A stretch of 64,000 bases of DNA from Parcubacteria group bacterium GW2011_GWC1_36_108 (GCA_000991245.1 LBRD01000006.1:39340-103339), one strand, 5' to 3'. Numbered from the stretch's first letter, positions 47,188-57,329 are shown. A program made the numbers and translations. Notes: a model not told the origin generated them from the letters alone.

Positions 47188-49047
47188 TTACCCGACGGCG
47201 ATGACCTCAATCTCGCCTCTGCGAGAATTTATCATTTCAAGCAATGCTTTTTTCGCTTTTTCTCCTTGCGCATAATTCCATGCCTCAAGAAGCTTTTTAA
47301 TTGAGATGCGATTGCTTTTTTTCTTAATGCGAGCAATCACTTCAGCCTCGGCCTTTCCTTTTGCACACACAGCCATTTCAAGCAGATAACCAATTGTGAG
47401 ATCATTGCGATCGCCAACAGCAGAAAGAATACTAAGCTGAACGTCTTCATTGCTGCTAGAAAGAAAATCATTCAATCCAATATGTGTCTTATAACTTGGC
47501 AATGAAGAAATTGCGATCGTCTTTGCATTCATCACACTCATGAAACCACCGTTCTCAATTTCTCCAAAGTCGATTGCTTCGACATTCTGACATGAGCGCA
47601 ATTTTTCAATCATGCAAAAAATGGTTTGTTCATGTTTTTTCATCATCTCGGGAATTTTACCGAAATTCTTCAAGAGCAACTTCGGTTCACATTCCTCAAG
47701 ACTCACCATTGATGACAAAATTTCCTTAACAACTTCGGAAGCTATGGCATATGGAAGAGCTTTCTCAAGCATGCCCATGGTTGCTCCAGCACGCTCTTTA
47801 CAACCGGTCACGATTGCCATTTGAACCATGCTGTTTTTTGCCTTTTCCATCAGAAGAAAAATGTCACGGGTCGAACAGGTTCCATGTTCATACATCTCCT
47901 TGATTATCTTCACCTGCAAATTTGGAATATCACATTCAAAAAGTTTCCAGAGCTTGTCTGTCTGAATGCGACTCAAAAGATGCTCGATCATATACGGAGC
48001 AAGCTTCTGCAATCCACTTTTTTCCTCCTGATTCATGCATGCAGAAAAAATCTCGTTCGTATTGATGTCATCACGACTTACCAATGCTTCAGCAAATTTC
48101 TCATCATTGCCAACAATGTGAATTATCCATGATAACTCGCACAGATCACGAAAACTGTATTCATTATTTTTCGCCACTGTAATGAGAACAGTTGCCTCAT
48201 GCGGACCACTGAGTCGACCACTCTGTAAGGATTTTTTCACCACATCAAAGGGACAATCAGGAAGCTTTACCACATCAAGTATAAATTCCCATAAATTATT
48301 TGCGCAGTAGCAAGCCTCAATAAAAGGCGCCAATTGCTCTTTTGGGATAAGATGAATTTTTTCCCTTGCCAACCTGACCAACCCGCTTCGTATGTCAACA
48401 TTGGCAGGCGTTGCATAGAGCAAAATCGGGTTCACAATATCGGCAATTTCATAATCACCTTTCTGTAAAAGAACTGCTACGTAAATCCCGGTAAGATTAT
48501 GGTCGTCCGAATTGAGCAAATATTCCATCACTTTTTTTGTCGGCATGTTATGTAGCCTTTTTTTGAAACCAATTTCGAGAGCATCACTTATTTCGCAGGA
48601 ATAATTTTTTTTCCAGATCGGGTACATATCCTCGATTGTAAACTCATCAAAGGACGCAATAGCCACAGCCAACTTTCGAGTTGCTGGGTAGTTACCCTTC
48701 ATCAAGTCAATCATTTCGAGCAAATATTTTCCAGGACGCTTTTCAGCCACTTCAGCAATACTTTCACGAACAGAAAGCTCATTCCAGCTGTTACGCATCA
48801 ATTTCACAAGATGCACTGGATTGTAGTCATCCCTTTTTGCCAGCGTACGAACGACGGAAACTTTTGCCTGCGGAACGCCGAAGACAAGATCGAAAAGCTC
48901 AAAAAGTACCGGTGTGGAACACTGATCAAGCTTCTTGTACAGTTTCAGCCACTCCTCCTTAGTCCACCATTTCATCTCCAGAAGTGCAAATGTTGCCAGC
49001 CATTGAAACTTTGCCTTTTGCGAAAGTTGCTGTTTTGCAGTTTTCAT
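47188..49047 (-). CDS. Large (619 aa) predicted alpha-helical-repeat protein of unknown function
   Basis: Long uninterrupted ORF with moderately elevated GC. No nucleotide-binding or catalytic motif recognised. Confidence 0.5.
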   Translation of the reverse strand: MKTAKQQLSQKAKFQWLATFALLEMKWWTKEEWLKLYKKLDQCSTPVLFELFDLVFGVPQAKVSVVRTLAKRDDYNPVHLVKLMRNSWNELSVRESIAEVAEKRPGKYLLEMIDLMKGNYPATRKLAVAIASFDEFTIEDMYPIWKKNYSCEISDALEIGFKKRLHNMPTKKVMEYLLNSDDHNLTGIYVAVLLQKGDYEIADIVNPILLYATPANVDIRSGLVRLAREKIHLIPKEQLAPFIEACYCANNLWEFILDVVKLPDCPFDVVKKSLQSGRLSGPHEATVLITVAKNNEYSFRDLCELSWIIHIVGNDEKFAEALVSRDDINTNEIFSACMNQEEKSGLQKLAPYMIEHLLSRIQTDKLWKLFECDIPNLQVKIIKEMYEHGTCSTRDIFLLMEKAKNSMVQMAIVTGCKERAGATMGMLEKALPYAIASEVVKEILSSMVSLEECEPKLLLKNFGKIPEMMKKHEQTIFCMIEKLRSCQNVEAIDFGEIENGGFMSVMNAKTIAISSLPSYKTHIGLNDFLSSSNEDVQLSILSAVGDRNDLTIGYLLEMAVCAKGKAEAEVIARIKKKSNRISIKKLLEAWNYAQGEKAKKALLEMINSRRGEIEVIAVG

Positions 49048-49289
49048 GCTGTCTCTCCCTTTTTTGGTTAGATGTGAAATCTATATGTGTTTTTGCCTAT
49101 TCAACTGTCAAAAAACTTAGTTATTTATTAAATCATTTTATATCCATTAATGCAAGGGTTTCTAAAAACAAAAAATTCCCAACTTTGTAGTGGGGATTTT
49201 TTGTTATAATTGCTAGTGATTCAGTAAATGAAAGTAACAGCAAATATTTTCATTTGTGACGAGCGACGCAATTTCCAAGCACGAAGTGA

Positions 49290-49625
49290 TTATTTCTTTT
49301 CTGTTGAAGTTGTAGTGATAACCTCTTTTACTATTTCATCTCCCTTCTTTTTCTTTTCAACTTTGAAAATTCTGGCCAAATACAAAGAAATAGCCACGAC
49401 AGCGACTGTCACAATAGTGGCATATAGAAATTTAGCCTTAAGCCCATCCCCCGGTTCAGCAAAAAATCTCTCGATGAAAGCTTTAATAGCATCATTCCAA
49501 GCAAGACCCGCCACGAGTCCAAAACTGGTAATGATATATCCCAAGGTTTTTTCGCGAATCTCTCTTTCAAGTTCCGCACCCTTGTCCTTTATTGTGACTA
49601 TTTTTTCAGTAATTTTTTTCATCAT
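49290..49625 (-). CDS. Small protein with a C-terminal transmembrane helix (hypothetical)
   Basis: Charged N-terminal half and a hydrophobic helix LYATIVTVAVVAISLYLA. Preferred over the antisense plus-strand ORF. Confidence 0.35.
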   Translation of the reverse strand: MMKKITEKIVTIKDKGAELEREIREKTLGYIITSFGLVAGLAWNDAIKAFIERFFAEPGDGLKAKFLYATIVTVAVVAISLYLARIFKVEKKKKGDEIVKEVITTTSTEKK

Positions 49626-49683
49626 GGTTTAGTTTACGCGGTTTATATCAGCTTTCTTTCAAAAATATATTACACAAGTCACT

Positions 49684-49750
49684 CGAATACATTTTTCTTT
49701 TTGTCCCGTGGAAGTACTCTTCCAAGCGAAAAAAGAAAAAGTATTCTCGC
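49684..49750. repeat. Hairpin repeat R2, inverted copy
   Basis: CGAATACATTTTTCTTTTTG-[CCCGTGGAAGTACTCTTCCAAGC]-GAAAAAAGAAAAAGTATTCTCG is the reverse complement of 50696-50767. Confidence 0.8.
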
Positions 49751-49761
49751 TCCAACTTTTG

Positions 49762-50424
49762 CTAAAATAATCGACTTGCGGGTTTTTCAAAAGTCATCTT
49801 ACGATAAACGTCGCGAGTAGTTTGCACGTCGCGTTTGCAATATTCCAAAATGTCATTCACTTTTCCATCGGCAAAAAATTGAGCAACTTGCGATCCATCA
49901 ATGCCATCTTTTGGCGAAGGAATGTCGAGAGCTAGTGCCAAATATTCCAAACCAATACTTGAATTTGACCATTTTACCCACTCCTTCATCGTGTCATAAA
50001 TTGGATAACCTCTGTAGCGTGCAAAGTTCAATTCATATGCAGGTTTAACTCCAAGCACAATTGAGCGTTGATAGATGAAGCGCAAATCAAAATCCATCAC
50101 ATTGTGCCCGATAAATTGCAGATCATAATCTGGATATTGCATATTGCGCGGAGTCGAACTAAGCGCATCAACCAAATGCCAAAATTGCTGCAGGGTTTCC
50201 TTTTCGTTATTTTCGTTATAAAAATTTTGCGGCGCATCGTCGTCCACAGCATATCCAATGCAAAGGATTCTTCCAAAAGCTCCGTCAAAGTTTGTCTTTT
50301 GAACAAATTCATCGAATTTTTCCTGATCAAATTCAGGATTTTTTTTATCAAAAAGAAGTCGCAATGTTTCCATTTTGCTTTCTTCAGCCGGCAAAGTTTC
50401 AATATCCAAAAATAGTTTTCGCAT
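49762..50424 (-). CDS. RNase H-fold 3'-5' exonuclease related to the PolB exonuclease domain (COG3298-like)
   Basis: Exo I LFLDIETLP, Exo II FIGHNVMDFDLRF, Exo III YCKRDVQTT. Confidence 0.6.
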   Translation of the reverse strand: MRKLFLDIETLPAEESKMETLRLLFDKKNPEFDQEKFDEFVQKTNFDGAFGRILCIGYAVDDDAPQNFYNENNEKETLQQFWHLVDALSSTPRNMQYPDYDLQFIGHNVMDFDLRFIYQRSIVLGVKPAYELNFARYRGYPIYDTMKEWVKWSNSSIGLEYLALALDIPSPKDGIDGSQVAQFFADGKVNDILEYCKRDVQTTRDVYRKMTFEKPASRLF

Positions 50425-50471
50425 AAATATTTTTTCAATGATTACCTAGATAGTATAACACAAAAGACTCT

Positions 50472-50767
50472 TTTCCACATTTCTTTTTCCGCAAAAGAAA
50501 CGTGGAGCAAAGAAAACTCGCACCTGATGAAGGTACTGTGGCAAAAACTTCGCTCTTCGCTAAAATTTACACTTCGCGCCTACGCTTGCTAGCGGGCGCT
50601 ACGTTTTAAAATTTCTTAACGCGAAATCGCTTGTTTTTCGCCTACGTACTTCATATGGTGCAAAGGGAATGCGGGATGCAAATGCAACTAAGTAAGAGTG
50701 AGAATACTTTTTATTTTTTCGCTTGGAAGAGCACTTCCACGGGAAAAAATAAAAATGTATTCGAACG
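50472..50767. repeat. Composite intergenic repeat element (R1 module, 92-nt insertion, R2 hairpin module)
   Basis: Homologous at roughly 85-90% identity to 54661-54892 apart from the insertion. Confidence 0.8.
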
Positions 50768-50837
50768 ACACAAAAAATATAACTACGCTACACTAAATTA
50801 GAAAACAATAAAAAAACATTTCCCAAAGAAAATGTTT

Positions 50838-51548
50838 TTAGAGAACTTTCAATTGTTTTACAATCCTTTCATATTCAGGGATTGTCTGACCAACGAGATT
50901 CCAGAAACGCTTGCCGTGGTTAAATTCTTTCAAATGGCAAAGCTCATGAACGATAATGTAATCCGCGTGGCGTTGCGGCAAAAGCAAAATCTTGTAATTA
51001 AAATTCAAATTGCCCTTTGAAGAACATGAGCCCCAACGAGTTTTTTGATTTCTAATTGCAACCCCATTATATTGAAAACCATAAAATTCAGCATACTTTT
51101 CCAAACGACTTTTTACCATTTCGCGAGCAGTTTCCTTAAGTTTCAGATATTCAGCTTGATCATGACGTGCAAAAAGACTATTTCGTCCGATTTTTTTCAT
51201 GGTCTTCATTTTTTCAAGCACCCACTCAGCATTTTTTCGGATAAAATCATCAGCGCTAACAAACCCCATGCGCCATGGCAAGGTTACAGTACAATTTCCA
51301 TCACAAGAAATGACTAATTTAAGCCTTTTTGCGGTTCTGTGCTTTCTTACGGTATATTCAATTTTCTCGCTTCGCAGCGTCATTTTTTTCTGAATAGTCA
51401 TCTTGGTTTCATCAACTGGTTTATTGTTTTCTTCATCAATATCAAGCCAATCTTGCAATGAAATACCCTCTTTTAAGGAAAAACTTTCCCCAAAATTGGT
51501 TAGGTTTGACAAATATACATTAAAATGTTTTAATATGTATTTTTTCAT
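50838..51548 (-). CDS. YgjP-like (DUF45) metal-dependent hydrolase
   Basis: HELCHLKEFNHGKRFWNLV (HExxH plus a downstream H). Confidence 0.65.
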   Translation of the reverse strand: MKKYILKHFNVYLSNLTNFGESFSLKEGISLQDWLDIDEENNKPVDETKMTIQKKMTLRSEKIEYTVRKHRTAKRLKLVISCDGNCTVTLPWRMGFVSADDFIRKNAEWVLEKMKTMKKIGRNSLFARHDQAEYLKLKETAREMVKSRLEKYAEFYGFQYNGVAIRNQKTRWGSCSSKGNLNFNYKILLLPQRHADYIIVHELCHLKEFNHGKRFWNLVGQTIPEYERIVKQLKVL

Positions 51549-51735
51549 GAGCCTGTTTAAAATCTCATGCCTTGATAAAATGTTCTGATTTCGAGCGAAA
51601 ACCGTGAAAAGCGAGGAGGGCTATCGAGATAACCCGACGAGTTTTGAGCGGTTTGCAGCCGAAATCAGGACATTTTAGCAGGCAAGCGATGTAATTCCGA
51701 CCCTACATAAGAGCGATGAGACTTTAAACAGGCTC

Positions 51736-52950
51736 CTATTGCTTGATCAATATGTTATACCTCGCGACAGATTTGTTGTAAAGTGCCACCTTTTCGTTAT
51801 ACTTTTTCACATCTTTTTTATAATTATCCAAATAATTATTATATTCTTTGACGAGTTCATTATATTTTTCAACATTTTGATCATTTTGAAATGCATCAAG
51901 CTCCTTTTTCATATCCCCCAGTTTTTTTTCTTCTTTTGCAATTGTTTTTTTCTGCGCTTGAAGCTGCGGCAACAGTGTTGCTATACTTTTTTTGAGACTA
52001 TCAATTTCGGCAATGATTTTTTTTGTTTCAATTATTCCTAAATACTGTCGCCCAGAAGTTTTTTGATAGATCGTCACCAGTGTTAGTTGTTGCAATACTG
52101 CTTGCTGAGCCTGCTGAGAATCAAGAGCGGTCAATTCATCCGCACCAACAGCCTTGTTACTAGCTGAATCAAATGATGGAATGATTCCAATCTTGTTTCC
52201 CACACTAGTTGTTTCTGCGTAACAATACCCGCTACCATAAGTAGAAGAATCTTTCGGACAAGCAATTCCAATTGCCATATGATTATCCTGCTCATAAGCA
52301 AAGATAGCCGTCCCATATCCCATCTCTCTAAGCAGTGCTACGGCAAGCAGGCTCTTGTCCGAACAAACACCGGCTTGCTCAAACAATGTTTCGTATGGAT
52401 ACAAAATTGTTTCAGAATTTGTTTGTGCCAAAATATTTTTAGCCTTGGCATCGTCATAAACAATTGCTTGTACAAAAGCCAACGTCAAATCAACAATTTG
52501 ATCATCCGAAAGTTTGTGCTTAAGGCCGAGCTCCTGAAGCTTGGCAGCGAGACTAGCAATTGATTTATCATTTTCATCGCGAGTCAAAAACATTCCGTAG
52601 TATTCTTCTTGCCAATTCTGCTTGAGTTCGCCAGTATAAGAAAACATTTTTGGTGCTGTTTTGTAATATTCATAAACTGATTGATACAATGTTTCAGTCA
52701 GTTTATATTTCGCACCTTTATATTCCCAATTAAATTCGCGAGAAACAGGATTTTGCAACTCCGGAAAAGGGTTTGTCTTTTTTTCTATTTCCAATTGGGT
52801 TTTTGTTTCCGACACAAGCTCTTGCAAAGCAGGAATAATCTGAGAGGGAGACTCCAAACCTTTCTTTTGATACACATACAAAAGCAACCCCGCAATAACT
52901 GCGAGTTCTATCAATATTATTCCTATTTTTTTCAGCCAACTCGTAAACAT
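51736..52950 (-). CDS. Membrane-anchored transglutaminase-like protein with a C-terminal coiled coil
   Basis: N-terminal transmembrane helix. GVCSDKSLLAVALLREMGY...NHMAIGI resembles a Cys-His transglutaminase core. The C-terminus is Lys/Glu-rich. Confidence 0.45.
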   Translation of the reverse strand: MFTSWLKKIGIILIELAVIAGLLLYVYQKKGLESPSQIIPALQELVSETKTQLEIEKKTNPFPELQNPVSREFNWEYKGAKYKLTETLYQSVYEYYKTAPKMFSYTGELKQNWQEEYYGMFLTRDENDKSIASLAAKLQELGLKHKLSDDQIVDLTLAFVQAIVYDDAKAKNILAQTNSETILYPYETLFEQAGVCSDKSLLAVALLREMGYGTAIFAYEQDNHMAIGIACPKDSSTYGSGYCYAETTSVGNKIGIIPSFDSASNKAVGADELTALDSQQAQQAVLQQLTLVTIYQKTSGRQYLGIIETKKIIAEIDSLKKSIATLLPQLQAQKKTIAKEEKKLGDMKKELDAFQNDQNVEKYNELVKEYNNYLDNYKKDVKKYNEKVALYNKSVARYNILIKQ

Positions 52951-53084
52951 TAGGATTTAGGAATTAGGAGTTAGAATTTGGAAGTTAGGGCATTAATAAG
53001 TATTGTTAGAGGTCAGTTTATATTAATACGAAAACAGCATTAACTTTCTTTAATATGCTCCAATCATAGCAAAATTAAGGCAAA

Positions 53085-53121
53085 GAAAAAAGGGGCGTCG
53101 CATTTATTGCAAACACCCCTT
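53085..53121 (-). terminator. Terminator for the 90-aa gene
   Basis: AAGGGG...CCCCTT stem, with a T-run on the minus strand. Confidence 0.5.
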
Positions 53122-53212
53122 ATATTTTATCCATTACTTTTTAAGTAATACGCCTCCTTGTAATTGGCGCCGCCATATCTGCATTGTGGTGCAGACTGAC
53201 TGGGATAAAAAA

Positions 53213-53485
53213 TTACGAAATAATCAGCTGAGAACACTGCCTCTGAAGATTGTTTGGCAGCGGCACATTGAGCTCCCTGAATCTTTTTACGGTAGTGATA
53301 ATATTTTTCAAGATTGGAACAATGTTGCGTCGCCCTATTCTTTTTGCTTTATCAAGCTTTGCGAGATTGTTATGAAGATTTTGACGCATTTTTCCGAGTT
53401 CACGATTTTCGATTTTGGCAACTATTGCTTGCCTTGCCAATCCTGGATCCCCAACAAAAGAAATCTGTTGCTTGAACATAATCAT
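53213..53485 (-). CDS. Hypothetical 90-aa protein
   Basis: AAGGGGGAA RBS upstream of the ATG and a terminator downstream. Confidence 0.4.
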   Translation of the reverse strand: MIMFKQQISFVGDPGLARQAIVAKIENRELGKMRQNLHNNLAKLDKAKRIGRRNIVPILKNIITTVKRFRELNVPLPNNLQRQCSQLIIS

Positions 53486-53915
53486 TTCCCCCTTTTCATT
53501 TGAAAGTGTGCTGCCTAACTATTTGTCATTTTTAATTATAACTGAACATTTATCTCCTGCGATTACTTGTAAATTGTTTACTAAGTTTAAATTTTGAGAG
53601 GGCAAAGATTCTTGTGTTACTATTAAATCATTGCCGTATCTGACAACACAAAAATCAACATCCACATTATTCAAGTTCTCTTTAGCTCGATCTGCCATCG
53701 CAGTATCCCCCTTCTTAGTTGTTAAAAAACAAAAAACCAGCTTTCGCTGGGTGGTTTTTACATAAATTCTGCTAACAATTTTTATGCAATATTACCCAAC
53801 GAAAATTTGCCTCCGACTAGGAGAATGTTCAGGTCCAAGAGGACAATCGCAAATTTTATTGAGAAATTATTCATATACAGTCATTATAGCTGGTTTTTAC
53901 TGATTGTCAATAGCA

Positions 53916-53945
53916 AAAAGCTGGCCATCAAAGGCCAGCTTTTTA
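53916..53945. terminator. Bidirectional terminator downstream of ndk
   Basis: AAAAAGCTGGCC-ATCAAA-GGCCAGCTTTTT. Confidence 0.75.
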
Positions 53946-53966
53946 AATCTTCCTAATACCTAATAC

Positions 53967-54569
53967 CTATTCCAGTATTCCATCAAGGTTTACATCATAC
54001 AACATTGCTTCTGAAATTGAACGATATGCAATGATCTCACTTTCATCAAACCAAATTTTAATTTCTCTTTCTGCTTCTTCTGGTTTGTCGGAGCAATGGA
54101 TCAAGTTTCGCACGGCGCGACCATCCATCCCTGCCAAGTCATATGAATCCAAAGTGAGGTCGCCACGAATTGTTCCGATATCAGAAGTCAATGGTTCAGT
54201 TCCACCAACCAATTTTGTCACAATTCCAACTGCAGAATTTCCCTCAATTACCATTGCAAGCACTGGCCCAGAAGTCATAAATGTTACCAACTGACCAATA
54301 ATATCACGACCATACTCAATCGCCTCTTTTTCAACAGGAAGTTTCATTTCTTCTCGTCCTTTCACAATTCGTTCCCCTTTTGATTGAAACCACGCCTCAT
54401 CTTTATTATAATGCGTCCAGCATTGCTCAGCTTTGGGAACCAACATTTTCATTGCAGTAAGTTTAAGACCAACTCTTTCAAAACGAGAAATGATCTCGCC
54501 AACCATAGAACGTTGAATTCCATCGGGTTTGATAATTACAAATGTTCTTTCTTTTTTTGGATGTTGCAT
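53967..54569 (-). CDS. ndk: Nucleoside diphosphate kinase (with internal insertions and a C-terminal extension)
   Basis: ERTFVIIKPDGIQRSMVGEIISRFE and the active-site NLIHCSD. Start trimmed to MQHPKK. Confidence 0.8.
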   Translation of the reverse strand: MQHPKKERTFVIIKPDGIQRSMVGEIISRFERVGLKLTAMKMLVPKAEQCWTHYNKDEAWFQSKGERIVKGREEMKLPVEKEAIEYGRDIIGQLVTFMTSGPVLAMVIEGNSAVGIVTKLVGGTEPLTSDIGTIRGDLTLDSYDLAGMDGRAVRNLIHCSDKPEEAEREIKIWFDESEIIAYRSISEAMLYDVNLDGILE

Positions 54570-54660
54570 ATTACTTTGTCTTTTATAAATTAAAAAGCGA
54601 TTATCTCGCTGAATATTCATATTTTAGCAGAAAATTGAGATTAATCAAGAGCCGTGCTTA

Positions 54661-54892
54661 TTTCCACATTTCTTTTTCCCGCAAAAAGAAACCTGGAGGA
54701 AAGAAAAGCTCGCACCGGATGAAGATACTGTGGCAAAAACTTCGTTCTTCACTAAAATCAAAGGGATGCGGAATGCAAAAAAAGCAAGAGTGAGAATGAT
54801 TTTTGTTTTTTCGCTTAAAACAAGTCTCATTGGCGTTATGTCAAAAGTTGCAATTGTTTTTCTGTGACAAAAACAAAAAGGCATTCTCACGA
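54661..54892. repeat. Composite intergenic repeat element (R1 plus R2 with a nested insertion)
   Basis: See 50472-50767. The R2 loop carries the insert AAAACAAGTCTCATTGGCGTTATGTCAAAAGTTGCAATTGTTTTTCTGTGACAAAAAC, which is also present at 61871-61927. Confidence 0.8.
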
Positions 54893-54902
54893 TTTTCAAA
54901 AA

Positions 54903-55775
54903 TCAATTAGCACCCTTTAAAACACATTTCGAAGAATTATTCATACATTCATAAACAATGTTACCCAACTCATCTGTTCTGAGAATGTTTGCTCGATGTT
55001 GTGTAAGTCTTTGCAAGACTTCAGGATTTGGATGTCCGTAGGAATTATTTTTGCTGACAGAAATGATTGCATCGGTTGGGGTCACTTTATCCAAAAATTC
55101 ATTACCGGTTGCATATTTTGACCCGTGATGTGCAACTTTCAAAAAGTCTGCATCGATATCGATATTTTTTGCCAACAGCTCATTCTCCTGCTCACTTGTC
55201 AAATCCCCTGTGAACAAAAATTCATTCTCCCCAATTGTTAATTTTACCAACACACTATTACTATTTGTATCCTTGTCATTAACATTAGCAACCGTTTCAA
55301 GTGGATATAAAATTTCAGCCGCAGCTCCATTGGAAAACTTGATACTAACATTTTTCTTAGCTTCAATTTTTTCCACTTTATTCTTTTCAATTTCCTCTTC
55401 CAATTTTTTATAGGTCTGAGATTCACTTTGTATTTTTGTTTCCAAAATAGAATTGACATTATACGCATTTATAACATCCACCAGTCCTCCAATATGATCT
55501 TGATCTGGATGCGAAACAATAATCGCTTCAATATTACGATCCCAAAATGGAATATACTTGCCCATTTTTTCCAGAAGCAACTTGCCATCTTTCCCACCAT
55601 CAATCAAAAGTTGCTGAGAACCATTAGAAATCAAAATTGCATCTCCCTGCCCAACATTCAAAAAAACCACGGCAAGCGGAGAATTTTTACTATGAAAAAT
55701 AATTGCAATCAAAATAATTGCAATCGCGGCAAGCGATGCCAGCACTGTGTAAATTAATTTTCTATTATTTTTCAT
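54903..55775 (-). CDS. Metallo-beta-lactamase-fold protein corresponding to the ComEC C-terminal domain (own N-terminal transmembrane helix)
   Basis: LNVGQGDAILI and SHPDQDHIGG. 4-nt overlap with the upstream comEC ORF. Confidence 0.7.
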   Translation of the reverse strand: MKNNRKLIYTVLASLAAIAIILIAIIFHSKNSPLAVVFLNVGQGDAILISNGSQQLLIDGGKDGKLLLEKMGKYIPFWDRNIEAIIVSHPDQDHIGGLVDVINAYNVNSILETKIQSESQTYKKLEEEIEKNKVEKIEAKKNVSIKFSNGAAAEILYPLETVANVNDKDTNSNSVLVKLTIGENEFLFTGDLTSEQENELLAKNIDIDADFLKVAHHGSKYATGNEFLDKVTPTDAIISVSKNNSYGHPNPEVLQRLTQHRANILRTDELGNIVYECMNNSSKCVLKGAN

Positions 55776-57295
55776 TTTCCATTTTTTGTCCTACTTGTCA
55801 AAAGATCGTTATACAACATTTCCTCCTCAAGTTTAATTCTAGCATATTCCTGCTTCTTTTTTATCCAGAAAATAACTATCGCAAGTGTTACATAATACAA
55901 AAAAACCTGCCACGGCGTAACTTTTTCTATTTCAACACTTGCCCAAGGAAACTGCGCTAGAATATGAATTAGTTTTATCTCATAAAATAAGAGTACAAAC
56001 GCCAGCCAAGAAAAAACCAGCGAAAGTGGCGAAAAAATAAAACCGAAAAGACACACAAGAAAAACTAGCAGCATCGAGAGCGGAACGATTGGCAAAATAA
56101 AAACATTAGCCAAGAGTGAAATTGGCGACACAATATTGAAATTATATGCAATTATTGGAAGCACAAAAATCTGCGCACTGAGAGACAACAATATAATTTC
56201 AGAAATCCCAAAGGCTTTATGATTTTTAATGAAACTTTTTTCCCAAAAAGATGCGCTCGCAACAATTCCAAGAGTTGCCAAAAATGACAATTGAAAACCA
56301 ACATCCCACCGGAGTAATAGTGGATTAATCGCGAGCATAATTGCACCCGCGAAAATAATCGCATTTTCGCAGTTTGCCAACCGCCCATTTTTCATCGCCC
56401 AAAGTAAAATAGAGCTCATCACCCCCGCTCGCACTGCTGAAGAAGGAAATCCCACCATAACAACAAACAAAAATATTCCAACAATTGCAAACCAAATTGC
56501 TTGCTTGCGCCAAAGTCCCAAAAAAATTCCCAGCATTATTAAATATTCCGCAATGATTGTCACATTATATCCAGAAACAGCTACAATGTGTGTCATCCCA
56601 GTGCGAGAAAAATCATTTTGAATTTCTTTTGAAAGTCCGCTTCCACCACCAAACAAAAGTCCACTGGCCAATGCGCCATAAGGCTGTGGAACAACCTTTG
56701 TTATCTTATTTTCAAACGTTGTTCGCGCTAAAATTATTTTAGAATAAATCCAATTACCTTTTTTCTCAGCAATCTTTTCTATTTTTCCCTTGCATTGATA
56801 CAGCACGCCTTCTTTTGCCATATACATCTTGTAATCAAAACTGGCATTCAAATTTTCAATTGGTTTTAATATGCAAGAAACATCCAATAGATCGCCATAA
56901 AAATATTCTGGATATTTCGCGGATTGAATTAAGACTAAAATTTTTTCCTTTGAAAATTCTGCAACAATATTCTGTCCGAAAGCTGAGGGAGTAACTTTTT
57001 CAACTATTGCAGTTTCCTTGAATGTTTTGCCTGAATAAATTAAGTTTTTTGTTCTTTCAATTTCTTTGTCAGTAATCCACCCACCCAAAACAAAAGCGAG
57101 CGCAAAAAAAGCAGCCAGCGCTGCGAATTTATTTTTGCCTGCCTGCCGGTAGGCAGGTAAAAAAATAAACAACATTATCAAAGAAAAAAGTGCTAGCAGA
57201 AAAAAATAATATTGATTTATTTCAAAAAACGACCGCACAAAAACACCCCCAACAAAATTCAACAGCACAAACAAAAAGACGCGTGATCTACTCAT
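55772..57295 (-). CDS. comEC: ComEC/Rec2 competence channel protein (DUF4131 plus competence domains, no lactamase domain)
   Basis: Multi-pass membrane protein with MTHIVAVSGYNVTIIAEYL, the typical ComEC segment. Confidence 0.7.
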   Translation of the reverse strand: MSRSRVFLFVLLNFVGGVFVRSFFEINQYYFFLLALFSLIMLFIFLPAYRQAGKNKFAALAAFFALAFVLGGWITDKEIERTKNLIYSGKTFKETAIVEKVTPSAFGQNIVAEFSKEKILVLIQSAKYPEYFYGDLLDVSCILKPIENLNASFDYKMYMAKEGVLYQCKGKIEKIAEKKGNWIYSKIILARTTFENKITKVVPQPYGALASGLLFGGGSGLSKEIQNDFSRTGMTHIVAVSGYNVTIIAEYLIMLGIFLGLWRKQAIWFAIVGIFLFVVMVGFPSSAVRAGVMSSILLWAMKNGRLANCENAIIFAGAIMLAINPLLLRWDVGFQLSFLATLGIVASASFWEKSFIKNHKAFGISEIILLSLSAQIFVLPIIAYNFNIVSPISLLANVFILPIVPLSMLLVFLVCLFGFIFSPLSLVFSWLAFVLLFYEIKLIHILAQFPWASVEIEKVTPWQVFLYYVTLAIVIFWIKKKQEYARIKLEEEMLYNDLLTSRTKNGK

Positions 57296-57329
57296 ACGTC
57301 TATTATATCAAATTTATTAAATATATCCA

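Noticed and set aside
49228-49632. 134-aa plus-strand ORF
   Set aside because: Overlaps the minus-strand 111-aa ORF, which has a more protein-like charged N-terminus plus a transmembrane helix and matches the local gene orientation.
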